64,000 nt of DNA from Candidatus Kerfeldbacteria bacterium (GTDB lineage: Bacteria; Patescibacteriota; Patescibacteriia; SBBC01; CAIJZX01), in contig JACPSJ010000001.1 in assembly GCA_016193315.1 (NCBI GenBank), positions 219,981 to 283,980 of the forward strand. The letters run 5' to 3'. The notes under the pieces are model-generated. The model did no database searches, was not told the origin of the DNA, and worked only from the letters and a program-made list of their open reading frames with translations. This document shows positions 1 through 10,154 of the stretch, one piece after another (the stretch's first letter is position 1; each line of letters begins with the position of its first letter). Both the position numbers and the translations under genes were made by a program.

Positions 1-24
1 CCGGAAGATGGCCGCCGCCAGTCC

Positions 25-1428
25 GTGAAACGAGTTCTGCGAGCGATTCAACAATTCTTCCTCAACGAACGGGGCCAGCTGGTGTTTGCGGTGGCTTTGT
101 TGTTACTCATCCCCGGCGCCTTGGTGTTGAATACGCTTAGCTCGATCCAGTCGGCGCGGCGGAACATGGATATCGAACTGCAGCGCAAAGCGCTGCTGGC
201 GGAACGGGCTTTCCAAACCACCGTCCGCGATCTGCTCCGCGACCAGCCGCGGTTGCAGCAGGCGATTACTGATCTGCGCGCCTCGAGCGAGGAGGTCTGG
301 GGGGTGGACGTGCTGGTGCCACAGGGAGAACAGTTCTCGGTGCTTGCTAGCGCCGTTCCCGAGACCGCCGGCCGAACGATTACTGACCTCAACGCGGTCA
401 TCGCCTGGCACGAAGATGGAGCCATCGCCTACCAAACCGTGTCTTCCGATCGCGTCACCGTCGGGCAGGACGTCCGCCCGGGTGACCGGCAGCAACGGTT
501 CTGGGTGGTCATCAGTCCGATCAAGGACACCGCTGGGCAGAAGGTGGCCCTGGTCAGTATGAAATTTTCCTCGCAGGTGGTCGACGATCTGGTGGCCGCC
601 AGCATCGTCCGCGCCGTCTTCATTCTCTTCCTCAGCATTATCGTAGTGGTCCTGCTGCTGGCTTTGAACTCCAAACTATTCCAATACACCGTCCTCTTCC
701 GGAAACTGAAGGAAGTGGACCAAATGAAGGATGAGTTCATTTCCGTAGCCTCGCATGAATTACGGACGCCCATCACCGGCATTCGCGGCTATCTGGAGAT
801 GGTGCTCGACGGGAGTTTGGGTCCGGTGACCGAGCAGGTCAGAAAACCGTTGCAGGTTGTCAACCAGAGCGCCGAACGGTTGGGCGTACTGGTCGAAGAC
901 CTACTCAATGTGTCGCGAATTGAGCAGGGACGTCTGGATCTAGTCCTGACCGAGGTCAACCCATGGCCGGTCGTGCAGGAGGTCATCGCCGAACTGATAC
1001 CAATGGCCAGGGAGAAAAACTTGCCGCTTACGTACCAGGGTCCACCGCAGCTGCCAACCTTGAAGGTCAATCGAGATCGACTGAAACAAGTGCTCGTCAA
1101 CTTGGTTGGCAATGCGGTGAAGTACACCGCCAAGGGGAGCGTTTCCGTCCAGACTGAACAGCGCGAACAAGAACTTCGGCTCCGGATCGCCGATACCGGC
1201 ATCGGCATGAGTCCATCGGAAATGGAACGACTGTTCACGAAGTTCTATCGCATCCGCAACGACAAAACCCAAGAAATCAGCGGCACCGGCCTCGGTCTGT
1301 GGATCACGAAGCAGATCGTGGAGAAGATGAATGGGACGATTGAGGTCGAAAGCATTGAGGGTGTTGGGTCGCAGTTCATTGTCACCTTCCCGCTGGCGAT
1401 GCCGGGGAAAGTAAAACAGCAGAAGTAA
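25..1428 (+). CDS. Sensor histidine kinase (HisKA + HATPase_c) with N-terminal TM segment. The gene may extend upstream of the window, since there is no in-frame stop before the first start at 25.
   Basis: H-box SHELRTPITGIRGYLEMV; G2-box GTGLGLWITKQIVEKMNGTIEV; hydrophobic N-terminus and a second TM around residue 195. Confidence 0.85.
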   Translation: MKRVLRAIQQFFLNERGQLVFAVALLLLIPGALVLNTLSSIQSARRNMDIELQRKALLAERAFQTTVRDLLRDQPRLQQAITDLRASSEEVWGVDVLVPQGEQFSVLASAVPETAGRTITDLNAVIAWHEDGAIAYQTVSSDRVTVGQDVRPGDRQQRFWVVISPIKDTAGQKVALVSMKFSSQVVDDLVAASIVRAVFILFLSIIVVVLLLALNSKLFQYTVLFRKLKEVDQMKDEFISVASHELRTPITGIRGYLEMVLDGSLGPVTEQVRKPLQVVNQSAERLGVLVEDLLNVSRIEQGRLDLVLTEVNPWPVVQEVIAELIPMAREKNLPLTYQGPPQLPTLKVNRDRLKQVLVNLVGNAVKYTAKGSVSVQTEQREQELRLRIADTGIGMSPSEMERLFTKFYRIRNDKTQEISGTGLGLWITKQIVEKMNGTIEVESIEGVGSQFIVTFPLAMPGKVKQQK

Positions 1429-1577
1429 GTTCCGATCGCTCAGGATTCCTTTGGACTGGAGCCTTACCAGTGGTGTTGGATAACCGGATTTCTTCCCCGC
1501 CAAAAAAATGCTGCCTCGCCCTGAAGCCAATCGAGTATAGCTTGACTTGAGTCGGGGTTCTGGTAAGCTCGAAACGC

Positions 1578-2423
1578 TTGTTGTTCCCGCTCCTTCTCTC
1601 AATCTGCGGAGGGATGATGCTCAGCCAAGCATTTCGACGGTTGTTCCCCAGGCCGGCACCGATTATCGGCATGATCCACGTGTTCGAAGGCCCACCTGAA
1701 AAGCAGGAAGCTCTGGCAATCAGGGATCTGGCGATGATGGAGCATTCCGTCGACGGAGTCATTGTCGAGAATTATGGCTGGGGCGGCCAGGATTCGCTCC
1801 GGGCTACCGACCTGGCTCGTGACCGACTGCTTGGCCTGGCGCGGGCGGTGGCCGCGAGGGCCGACAGCTCGGGAGTGCGGGTCGGCGTGAATCTGCTGCC
1901 GAACGACTTCGAATACGCCCTCGACCTCACTCACCAGGCCGGGGCCAGCTTCGTCCAGCTCGATCACGTCACCGGGCAGTTCGTCGGAGACGAATCAGTC
2001 GATCCCACCAAGTACCGGCAGCATCGCCGGGCGCATCCCGGCATCGTAGTTCTCGGCGGCGTTCACCCGAAGTATTACCAGCTCCGGAATCCGAATACGC
2101 CGATTGGCCAATCAGCGCGTGTGGCGATGGAACTCTGCGACGCGATCGTCGTGACCGGTACGGCGACTGGCCAAGAAACCAGCCTCGACGATCTTCGGGC
2201 CGTTCGGTCAGCCGTGGGAGATTTTCCAATCTTAGTCGGCAGCGGATTGAACATCGATAACCTGCGTGAGCAGCTCGTGGTGGCTGACGGCGCCATTGTC
2301 GGTAGCGCTTTCAAGCCTGGCGGTGTCCAGCCAGGTTCACTGCTCAACCTGGCCAACATCACGGAATTCATGGCGGCGGTTAGAACGGTTCGTGCCGCTT
2401 CGTCCCCACCACGCGGCAGCTGA
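1578..2423 (+). CDS. BtpA/SgcQ family TIM-barrel protein
   Basis: The N-terminal region (IIGMIHVFEG ... DGVIVENYGWGG) resembles BtpA family proteins. Possible starts are TTG at 1578 or ATG at 1614. Confidence 0.65.
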   Translation: MLFPLLLSICGGMMLSQAFRRLFPRPAPIIGMIHVFEGPPEKQEALAIRDLAMMEHSVDGVIVENYGWGGQDSLRATDLARDRLLGLARAVAARADSSGVRVGVNLLPNDFEYALDLTHQAGASFVQLDHVTGQFVGDESVDPTKYRQHRRAHPGIVVLGGVHPKYYQLRNPNTPIGQSARVAMELCDAIVVTGTATGQETSLDDLRAVRSAVGDFPILVGSGLNIDNLREQLVVADGAIVGSAFKPGGVQPGSLLNLANITEFMAAVRTVRAASSPPRGS

Positions 2424-2509
2424 GATTCTCCGCCGCTTTTTTTATCGCTTGCCTCGGCGGCCCATCTGAGCTAGCCTGTGACCAGACTCTTATAGCGGAG
2501 GAATATGAT

Positions 2510-3187
2510 ATGGAACTGATCAGCACTTTTCCCGACCCCGAATACTTGGGTCGGCTAGCCCGGCACCTGAAGGACAAGATTGAACAACACCAGCAGGGCC
2601 AACCGCTCGAACAGCTGCTGATGAGTTGCAGCGCGGCCATGAACTGGATCGCCGATTTCCTGACCGATCCCAATGTCCGGTGGACCAAGCAGGAACTCCG
2701 GGTAGATGACTTGTGGCTGACCGGCACGAATCCGACTTGGAACGCCATCATCATCGATCGGTGTAAGCGTTCGCCGGCAGAGCTACGGGCCATACTCAGA
2801 TCCGATCCGCAAACCGCCGCCCTATTCGCCGAAGCAGAGTTTGACGAACTGCCGATCTTGGTGCGGGTCGATGACGGTAAGTACAAGGTGCTCGACGGCA
2901 TGCACCGGGTTATCGCCGCCATCCGCGATGGACGCGAATCGGTGACTGCTTTCGTCGCTCGGCTCGATGGTCAGCCACGGCCACAGTGCGAGCCGCATGT
3001 GGTCTATGATTTGCTGCGGGCCTACCACCGCGGCATCAATCGTGATCGCCAAGCACTCGTAGTAGCTCTCCGCTTTCTGCGCCACGCCTACGCCAACGTC
3101 GACCGGCTCCTTCGCGAACGCTTCTCCAAAGCCTGGGTTCCCGACGACGAGATGCAGGCCATCATCGCCGAGGCGTTGCAGGAGTAG
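2510..3187 (+). CDS. Hypothetical protein with a ParB/Srx-like nuclease-fold motif
   Basis: ILVRVDDGKYKVLDGMHRVIAAIRDGRESVTAFVA resembles the ParB-like N-terminal domain core (DGxHR). Confidence 0.35.
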   Translation: MELISTFPDPEYLGRLARHLKDKIEQHQQGQPLEQLLMSCSAAMNWIADFLTDPNVRWTKQELRVDDLWLTGTNPTWNAIIIDRCKRSPAELRAILRSDPQTAALFAEAEFDELPILVRVDDGKYKVLDGMHRVIAAIRDGRESVTAFVARLDGQPRPQCEPHVVYDLLRAYHRGINRDRQALVVALRFLRHAYANVDRLLRERFSKAWVPDDEMQAIIAEALQE

Positions 3188-3217
3188 AACATTCGCTCAC
3201 CATGGCAGCTGAAGACA

Positions 3218-4207
3218 TCAGCTGTTTTTCTTTTGGTGGCGGTTGCGGCCGTGATGTTTTTGGTAAATCTCTCGCAACCGTGGATTGGTAATGTGTGTGT
3301 AGATTTGTGTGGTTTGGATGGAAGCATGACCCAACATCGCCTGGACGCTGCGGATATCGGCACCGCCCATCAGTAGATCGGTGGCAAATGAATGGCGTAA
3401 GGTGTGCGGCGTTACTCGTTTCGTTATGCCGGCGGCCTTGGCATAGTGGTCGACCAGGCGCTGAACTGACCGGGCGGTCAGCGGTCGAAGATCGGCTGAT
3501 CGGCGACCAGCCCGGTCGTGTCGAACAAAGAGCCAGGGCGCCATGTCCCGACGTCGCTGCACGTATGCAGCCAGCGATTGCTTGGCCGCGGGTGACAGAA
3601 AGACAATCCGCAACTTATCACCTTTGCCACGAACCGTGAATTCATCTTTTTTGAGGTTGACCTGATCGCGCTTCAGTCCAACGAGTTCGGACACTCGTAA
3701 GCCTGAGGAAAAGAGAAGTTCGAGAATGGCCCGATCGCGCAGGGAAACAATGGACGAACTGCCGCCAGCGGCTGGCGCGCCAAGAAATCGCTCCAAATCA
3801 TCGCCCTCGAGAAAACTGACTTGCCGCTCGCCGGTCCTGGCCAGCTCGATTTTCTCCGCGGCCAATGTCCGGACATCGTTCTTGGCCAGGTATTTCAAGA
3901 ACGAACGCAAGGCGATGAGATAGTAATTCTGGGTCGATTTTTTGAGCGGTTGGCCGCGACGGTTCGTTTGGCGGTTGAGCCATAGCCGGAAATCGCGGAC
4001 GTCATCGAGGGTTATCCGACCGGGGGCAGTTAACTTCGTGACCGTCAGGAACGTAGACAAGTAGTGTTCATAGTTCCGGCGGGTGAGGAGACTCTTATTT
4101 TTCTCGACTTCGATGTACGTCAGGAAACGTTTTGTCCAGCGCTCCAACTCATTCACCGGGGTGTGGGGCATGAAATCATTGTACGACACTTTGCCTATAC
4201 CATTCAA
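3218..4207 (-). CDS. Tyrosine site-specific recombinase (XerC/XerD-like)
   Basis: C-terminal catalytic region HTLRHSFATDLLMGGADIRSVQAMLGHASIQTTQIYTH (the R..H..R..Y tetrad context); lower GC than the surroundings. Confidence 0.85.
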   Translation of the reverse strand: MNGIGKVSYNDFMPHTPVNELERWTKRFLTYIEVEKNKSLLTRRNYEHYLSTFLTVTKLTAPGRITLDDVRDFRLWLNRQTNRRGQPLKKSTQNYYLIALRSFLKYLAKNDVRTLAAEKIELARTGERQVSFLEGDDLERFLGAPAAGGSSSIVSLRDRAILELLFSSGLRVSELVGLKRDQVNLKKDEFTVRGKGDKLRIVFLSPAAKQSLAAYVQRRRDMAPWLFVRHDRAGRRSADLRPLTARSVQRLVDHYAKAAGITKRVTPHTLRHSFATDLLMGGADIRSVQAMLGHASIQTTQIYTHITNPRLREIYQKHHGRNRHQKKNS

Positions 4208-4222
4208 TGGTATACTTTGATC

Positions 4223-5152
4223 ATGGAAGAAACATACACTTCAGTTGCTCGTGAAGTGGTTGAGCGACTTGTCGTGAAAAGGGATAAACGTCTTGGCCAT
4301 GAGTCAATCAAACCCCTACTGCTCGTTCTCGGTGGCAGCATGCGCGGTCCGTACGGTGCTGGCGCCATTCACGCACTCTTCGACTTCGGCCTGGGCAAGG
4401 TATTCGAAACAGTCGTCGGGATCTCAACCGGTGCGGCAATTGGCGCTTACTTTTTAGCCGGTTCAGAAGAACAAATTCGTCTCGGTAGCTCACTCTATTT
4501 TGAAGAGTGTACCACCTCTCTTTTTTTTAATCCTTGGCGCTGGCGCAAGAAGGTTGATATTGACTGGCTGATTGAGGGGATCAAACACGGGCCTAAACGC
4601 CTTGACGTTGCGGCGATTCAAAAAAACCCAACCCAGTTCTTCGTTGCAGCGATTACGCGTCGCGGTCGACAAGAGTTGATTGACGCGAAGACAGCTTCAC
4701 CAGACATACTGACCGCTATCAGGGCTTCGATGGCCGTGCCGGGATTTTACGGACAGTGGGTTACCGTGAACGGCCAGCAGTATTGTGACGGCGGATTCAA
4801 CGATCCGTTTCCTCTCGGCAACGTTATCGACCGTTTTCATCCAACGGATATCTTGATTATCCCGAATCAGTCGTATGATGTTGCAGTCGGATATCGTCCC
4901 TCTTTGAGCGATGCCATCGCGGCTTTGATGGCGCTTCCTCAACTGGGGGCATTAAAGGCTGGAGAGATCTTTCGACGGAAAATGAAATTTCGAAAGGTGA
5001 TGGAATCATTGCCGAGTATCAAATCGGCGCGAATCTCTGTGTTATGGCCGCCGGCCTTGGGGCTTCACGAGGCTTCAAGAAATTCCACTATGCTACGTTC
5101 GGCATATAAACAGTCTCGAATGACTGCTAGCAAATTTCTCCATGGCGCGTAG
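4223..5152 (+). CDS. Patatin-like phospholipase
   Basis: Oxyanion motif GGSMRGPYGAG and nucleophile elbow GISTGA (GxSxG). The ORF-track start at 4064 overlaps xerC on the opposite strand, so an internal ATG at 4223 was chosen. About 49% GC. Confidence 0.75.
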   Translation: MEETYTSVAREVVERLVVKRDKRLGHESIKPLLLVLGGSMRGPYGAGAIHALFDFGLGKVFETVVGISTGAAIGAYFLAGSEEQIRLGSSLYFEECTTSLFFNPWRWRKKVDIDWLIEGIKHGPKRLDVAAIQKNPTQFFVAAITRRGRQELIDAKTASPDILTAIRASMAVPGFYGQWVTVNGQQYCDGGFNDPFPLGNVIDRFHPTDILIIPNQSYDVAVGYRPSLSDAIAALMALPQLGALKAGEIFRRKMKFRKVMESLPSIKSARISVLWPPALGLHEASRNSTMLRSAYKQSRMTASKFLHGA

Positions 5153-5197
5153 GAATTGCTGTGCTGGTCATACGTTCACTGACTCACTCGCCAGTTC

Positions 5198-5875
5198 ATG
5201 ATGACCCCCAAACAACGCTTGTGGTTGTCGGCCGGGCTGTTCACCGCTATCATCGGCGGCCTAGTGCTGGTTATCGTATTTTCTCCGCTTCGGCCGCTGC
5301 TGACATCACCGGAAAAATTGCGCGACGGTGTTCGACAGTTTGGTCTTTTGTCTCCGGCCATCAGCATCAGTCTGGAAGTGATGCAGGTGATTATCGCGCC
5401 CATCCCCGGGCAAGCCATCGACATCGCCAATGGCTATCTCTTCGGCTGGCCAGGCGTCTTCGTTTCGCTCGGCGGGATCGGTCTCGGTTCGACCTTAGCC
5501 ATCGGTCTGGCCCGCCGCTTTGGCCGGCCATTGGTTGAAGTCCTCATCACCCCGAAAGGTCTAGCTAGCATCCGGCCGTATGTGCGGCGCCGTAGCCAGT
5601 TGTTCTTTTTCATCCTTTTTCTCCTGCCCGGCACGCCGGATGATCTGCTGTGCTTTGCCATCGGCTTATCGTCGATCCCGTTCGGCCGAAGCGTTCTGAT
5701 CGCCCTGCTCGGTCGGGCGCCGGGCATTACCGCCGCCGTCTTATTCGGGGCCACCGGTAGCCGGTTAAACCCGCTTGCCTTCACCGGCATTGCGATCGCT
5801 GTTTCATTGCTGGCCGGGTGGCTGATCTGGCGCTCGCCGTTGGGAGAGAAGTTACAGCCTACCAAATCGCGCTGA
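5198..5875 (+). CDS. DedA/VTT-domain (TVP38/TMEM64-like) membrane protein
   Basis: Multi-TM protein with the LLPGTPDDLLCFAIGLS...GRAPG motif typical of the SNARE-associated/DedA family. Confidence 0.7.
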   Translation: MMTPKQRLWLSAGLFTAIIGGLVLVIVFSPLRPLLTSPEKLRDGVRQFGLLSPAISISLEVMQVIIAPIPGQAIDIANGYLFGWPGVFVSLGGIGLGSTLAIGLARRFGRPLVEVLITPKGLASIRPYVRRRSQLFFFILFLLPGTPDDLLCFAIGLSSIPFGRSVLIALLGRAPGITAAVLFGATGSRLNPLAFTGIAIAVSLLAGWLIWRSPLGEKLQPTKSR

Positions 5876-5992
5876 CCCAGCAACACTTTTGCCCCCCACC
5901 AATTTCCTGATCCTCTATTTCGGCGTAGAGTACATCGAGATCAGCGGCGCTTACGCGCCGCCAAGAAGATGACTGGCAAAAGTGGTGCTGGG

Positions 5993-6021
5993 TTGACATC
6001 CCTCGACGCCTCTGGTAAAAT
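5993..6021 (+). promoter_or_regulatory. Sigma70-like promoter upstream of rpsO
   Basis: TTGACA (5993-5998), a 17-nt spacer, then TAAAAT (6016-6021). A roughly 115-nt leader precedes the rpsO ATG at 6137. Confidence 0.5.
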
Positions 6022-6136
6022 CAGCACGTCTCAATAACCTAGGATCGGTATCTCGGATCGGCCGCCGGGGACACCAATTCCCGGACTTGCGGTACCAGCC
6101 GCAGACCCATCTTGGATACCGTCGCCGGAGCAATCC

Positions 6137-6421
6137 ATGCCACTGTCGAAGGAAGCCAAAGACAAGATCATCAAGAAATACAAACTCCATGAGTCCGATA
6201 CCGGTTCGAGTGAGGTCCAAATCGCCATCCTGACGGCCGAGATCGACCAACTGACCGCTCATCTTCAGACGCACAAGAAAGATTTCTCTTCGCGTCGCGG
6301 GCTGCTGAAGAAAGTCGGACAGCGTCATCACCTCCTCCGTTACCTCCGGCGAGAGAACCAGTCGGCCTTTGAGGACTTGATCAAGAAGTTGAAATTAAAA
6401 GTCGGTGACGAATCCCCATGA
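6137..6421 (+). CDS. rpsO: 30S ribosomal protein S15
   Basis: [53 protein letters not shown] is the canonical S15 sequence. Confidence 0.92.
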   Translation: MPLSKEAKDKIIKKYKLHESDTGSSEVQIAILTAEIDQLTAHLQTHKKDFSSRRGLLKKVGQRHHLLRYLRRENQSAFEDLIKKLKLKVGDESP

Positions 6422-7029
6422 AGACCACCGATCAACGAGTGGGCGTGTTCGTCGACGTCGCCAACATGTACTACTCGGCCAAGAATATTCACGGGACGCG
6501 CGTCAATTTCGGAAAAATCCTTGAGGAAGCGTCGGATAATCGCCGCCTCGTCCGGGCCATCGCCTACGTTATTCGGGCCGACACACCGGAAGAGCAGAAG
6601 TTCTTCGACGCCCTGGGTAAGCAGGGGTTTGAAGTGAAGATGAAGGACCTCCAAGTCTTCCCGGGTGGGGCCAAGAAAGGTGATTGGGATGTCGGCATCA
6701 CTATTGATGCCATTCGCATGGCCGACCGTCTCGACACCATCGTCCTGGTGGCTGGTGATGGCGACTATGTGCCGCTGGTCCGCTACCTACAAGAAGCGAA
6801 GGGCTGTCGTGTCGAGGTGATGGCCTTTCAAGAATCAACGGCCATGAAGCTGCGCGAAGCGGCCGATGCTTTTGTTGATTTGTCGAGCGATAAGAAAAAA
6901 TATCTGCTGCCGATCCGGACCGGAATCCGTCCCCAGTTGTCGTCGATCCCGCGGCCGCGAATTTTCCCCGGCCGATCACGAGCACCGAATCCACCGTCGG
7001 CGATACCGCCGGCTGATGGCCAGACCTAA
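6418..7029 (+). CDS. NYN-domain (LabA-like, PIN-fold) putative RNase
   Basis: [15 protein letters not shown] ... [13 protein letters not shown] ... RVEVMAF is the NYN signature. Its start overlaps the rpsO stop (ATGA). Confidence 0.7.
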   Translation: MKTTDQRVGVFVDVANMYYSAKNIHGTRVNFGKILEEASDNRRLVRAIAYVIRADTPEEQKFFDALGKQGFEVKMKDLQVFPGGAKKGDWDVGITIDAIRMADRLDTIVLVAGDGDYVPLVRYLQEAKGCRVEVMAFQESTAMKLREAADAFVDLSSDKKKYLLPIRTGIRPQLSSIPRPRIFPGRSRAPNPPSAIPPADGQT

Positions 7030-7032
7030 AGC

Positions 7033-7773
7033 ATGGACTCCGCTGGCTCGGGACCAGAATTACGCCTGGAACACTTGCGGCCCGCCGAACTCTTGCCAGT
7101 TGGCCGCTTTGATGCCGAGACGGCCGCCCGCCTGGCCTACCAAGAGCGCGGTTCAATCGGACTGACGATCCATCAAATGTTCGTCGAGGCTGATCAGCAA
7201 CCCTATGATTGGACGCCGCATGAGGACGATCATTTTTCGGTTGAGCGGTTTGGGACCGACGCTGAGGCCTACCGCGCTTTTTGGGAAAACATCCTGGCTC
7301 AGCTTAAAGGGAGCGAAGCGGTCCAGCACTTTCGCCAAAAAAAAGGCAACCTCGACTCGAAGCAAGAGATGGCCGGGGTGTTTCACGCCTTTGAACGATC
7401 GGTCGTGCGGGCCCTTGATCGCGTGCCGCTCAACGACCAGCAGCGAGCTAAATTCCGAGCGGTGTGGTCAGAACGTGATTTCGTCTTGCCGGCCATGGCC
7501 GTGGAGATGGCCGATCAATACGCGCGCGCCAAAGCCGCTGGTCGGGACTATGACGAGGACGGCGAACGCGCCGATCAGTTCGTCCCCCAGCACCATCCGT
7601 TCTTGAAGTTTGTCATCGGGAACCCCAGGATTCGGCCGCTTGATTACTGGGACTCGAAGGAGGCCCGCGCCTACCTTCGGCGCTACGGAGCGCTTGAGGC
7701 ATCGGCCACAGCTAGGCAGCAGCTGAAAAGCGACTTGGGTAGCTTGCGCGATATCAATCGCCAGGCCGCCTGA
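7033..7773 (+). CDS. Hypothetical protein
   Basis: Long ORF in the same orientation between NYN and pnp; no recognisable motif. Confidence 0.4.
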   Translation: MDSAGSGPELRLEHLRPAELLPVGRFDAETAARLAYQERGSIGLTIHQMFVEADQQPYDWTPHEDDHFSVERFGTDAEAYRAFWENILAQLKGSEAVQHFRQKKGNLDSKQEMAGVFHAFERSVVRALDRVPLNDQQRAKFRAVWSERDFVLPAMAVEMADQYARAKAAGRDYDEDGERADQFVPQHHPFLKFVIGNPRIRPLDYWDSKEARAYLRRYGALEASATARQQLKSDLGSLRDINRQAA

Positions 7774-7881
7774 GTTGCCGTTCAGATCGTGAACGGCTGA
7801 TTCAATCATTGGGCGATGGTGGTCGGACAGGCAGGCTGTTGAAGCAGTCTGAAGTCCGGCGGCCATCCGAAAGGAATATCT

Positions 7882-10015
7882 ATGGAACCTAAACGGTTCT
7901 CCATCGACATCGGTGGTCGTGAATTGTCCCTCGAGACCGGCCAGCTGGCTGGTCAAGCCAATGGTGCGGTCACCGTTCGCTATGGTGAGACGGTGGTTTT
8001 GGCCACCGCCACGATGAGCAAAAAACTGCGGGAAGGGATCGATTTCTTCCCGCTGCTGGTCGATTACGAAGAGCGGCTCTACGCCGCCGGCAAGATCAAG
8101 GGTTCACGCTTCATTAAGCGCGAGGGCCGAGCCAGCGACGACGCGATCTTAACGGCCCGCCTGGTCGATCGCTCGATTCGCCCACTGTTTGATCAAGCCA
8201 TGCGAAATGACATCCAGGTGGTGATTACCGTTCTGTCGTGGGACCAGGAAAACGACGCCGATGTGCTGGCCCTGATCGGCGCTTCCACGGCGCTGATGAT
8301 CTCAAATATTCCGTGGGCCGGTCCGATCGGCGCCATTCGGGTCGGTCGGATCAACGGCGAATGGGCGCTCAACCCGACCTATGCGGCGCGGGACAAGAGC
8401 GATCTCGACATGGTCTTGGCCGCCAAGCGTGACGAGCACATGATGATTGAGGCCAGCGCTGGCGAAATCGACGAAGCGGTCGTTCTTGAAGGGCTGGAAT
8501 TCGCCCATAAGCACATTCGTCAGGTCATCGACCTGATCGAACAGGTGACCGCCGCGGTCGGACAACCGAAGCTGGCGATCGATACCAACGTCCTGTCGCC
8601 AGAAGAGCAGGCGGCCCGGGAAAAGCTAAAAACTAAGGTGCTGACTTTCTCCAATGGCAAATTACGGCAGATCTGGAAAACCAAGGACAAGCTGGAGCGT
8701 GAAGAAGCGATTACTAAGTTGACGGAAGAGCTTGATCAAGTCCTCAAGGCGGACAATGAGGTCAGTAAAGAGCAGCGGCTGGACGGCAAACACTTGCTCG
8801 AACAGCACCTCGATGACGAGGCGAGGCAGATGGTGTTAGATGAGGGAGTCCGGGTCGACGGCCGGAAACTCGATGAAATCCGCCCGCTGTCGGCCATCGT
8901 CGGTCTGGTGCCGCGGACGCATGGATCCGGTCTCTTTCAGCGCGGTGAAACGCAAGTCCTGTCACTCGTAACGCTGGGCTCGCCGGGTGATGAGCAATTG
9001 CAAGACACGATGGAGCTGACCGGCAAGAAACGCTACATGCACCATTATAACTTTCCCGGCTTTTCGACTGGCGAGGTGGCGCCGATTCGGAGCCCAGGCC
9101 GGCGCGAGATCGGCCACGGCGCCCTAGCCGAAAAAGCGCTATTGCCAGTGCTGCCAGCCAAAGAACAATTCCCCTATACCATTCGGGTGGTGTCCGAGGT
9201 CCTATCGTCGAACGGTTCGACGTCGCAAGCGTCAGTCTGCGGCTCAAGCTTAGCCTTGATGGATGCCGGTGTACCGAGCCGCACGCATGTAGCCGGTATC
9301 GCCATGGGCCTGATCAGCGATCAGACCAGTCCCCGTCCGCATCTCGGCCGAAGCCCTGGCCGGAGCCAAGAAAGCACGGGCCCAGATTCTGGAAGTGATG
9401 GCCCAAGCGATCGCCACGCCACGACCGGAATTGTCGAAATACGCGCCGCGCATTATTGCCATCAAGATCGATCCGGAGAAAATCCGCGACGTCATCGGCC
9501 GCGGCGGTGAAACGATCAATGAGATCATCGACGAGTGCGGCGGTCCGGATGTGATGAAGATCGACATCGAGCAGGACGGGACGGTCTATATCACCTCGAC
9601 CAAAGCCGACATGGCTCAGAAGGCCAAGACTTGGATTGAGAATTTGGTCAAAGACCTGCAGGTCGGTGAGGTTTACGAAGGGACGGTGACCGAGATAATC
9701 CGCGACCGGATGCGTGGTAATGAGATCGGGGCTATTGTCGAGGTCCTACCCGGCAAGGATGGGATGGTCCACATTTCCAACATCTCCCACACCCACATCC
9801 CGAACGTCTCAGACGTCCTGAAGATCGGCGATAAAGTCAAAGTAAAAGTAATGGAAGTCGACAAGGAACGCGGCCGCGTCAGCTTATCGATGAAGGCGCT
9901 GCAGCCAGGACCAGAAGGCGCCTTCGGCCTGGAACAGCCCCGCCAACGCCCGGGCGGATTCCGCGGCGACCGCGGACACCGCGACCGCGGCCCGAGGCAT
10001 CGGACTCGATTCTAA
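7882..10015 (+). pseudogene. pnp: Polynucleotide phosphorylase (PNPase), disrupted in this sequence. Frame 1 covers 7882 to about 9349 and frame 2 runs from about 9314 to 10015. About 35 aa spanning the conserved catalytic motif of the second RNase PH domain is absent.
   Basis: The N-terminal RNase PH domains are intact through AGIAMGLIS...HLG in frame 1. Frame 2 then resumes at ...EALAGAKKARAQILEVMAQAI, followed by the KH domain (IIAIKIDPEKIRDVIGRGGETINEI) and S1 domain (VGEVYEGTVTEII...GRVSLSMKA). The DMDFKVAGT segment is not found in any frame. Confidence 0.8.
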
Positions 10016-10154
10016 CCACCATCGTATGTTTCGCGGCCCCGACTCTGTCGGGGCCGCCGTATTTGATGGCCCGGCTGACAGTTGTTTGGTCGTTTGGTAT
10101 ACTTTTCTTCGGTTCGTTCGTTATCGGTCCGGGGCTCATCCGTGGAGGTTCTAG

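Noticed and set aside
4064-4222. Upstream extension of the patatin-like ORF
   Set aside because: It overlaps the xerC coding region on the opposite strand. The conserved patatin N-terminus begins after the internal ATG at 4223.
5951-6331. 126-aa minus-strand ORF overlapping rpsO
   Set aside because: Antisense to an unambiguous S15 gene and its promoter; no features.
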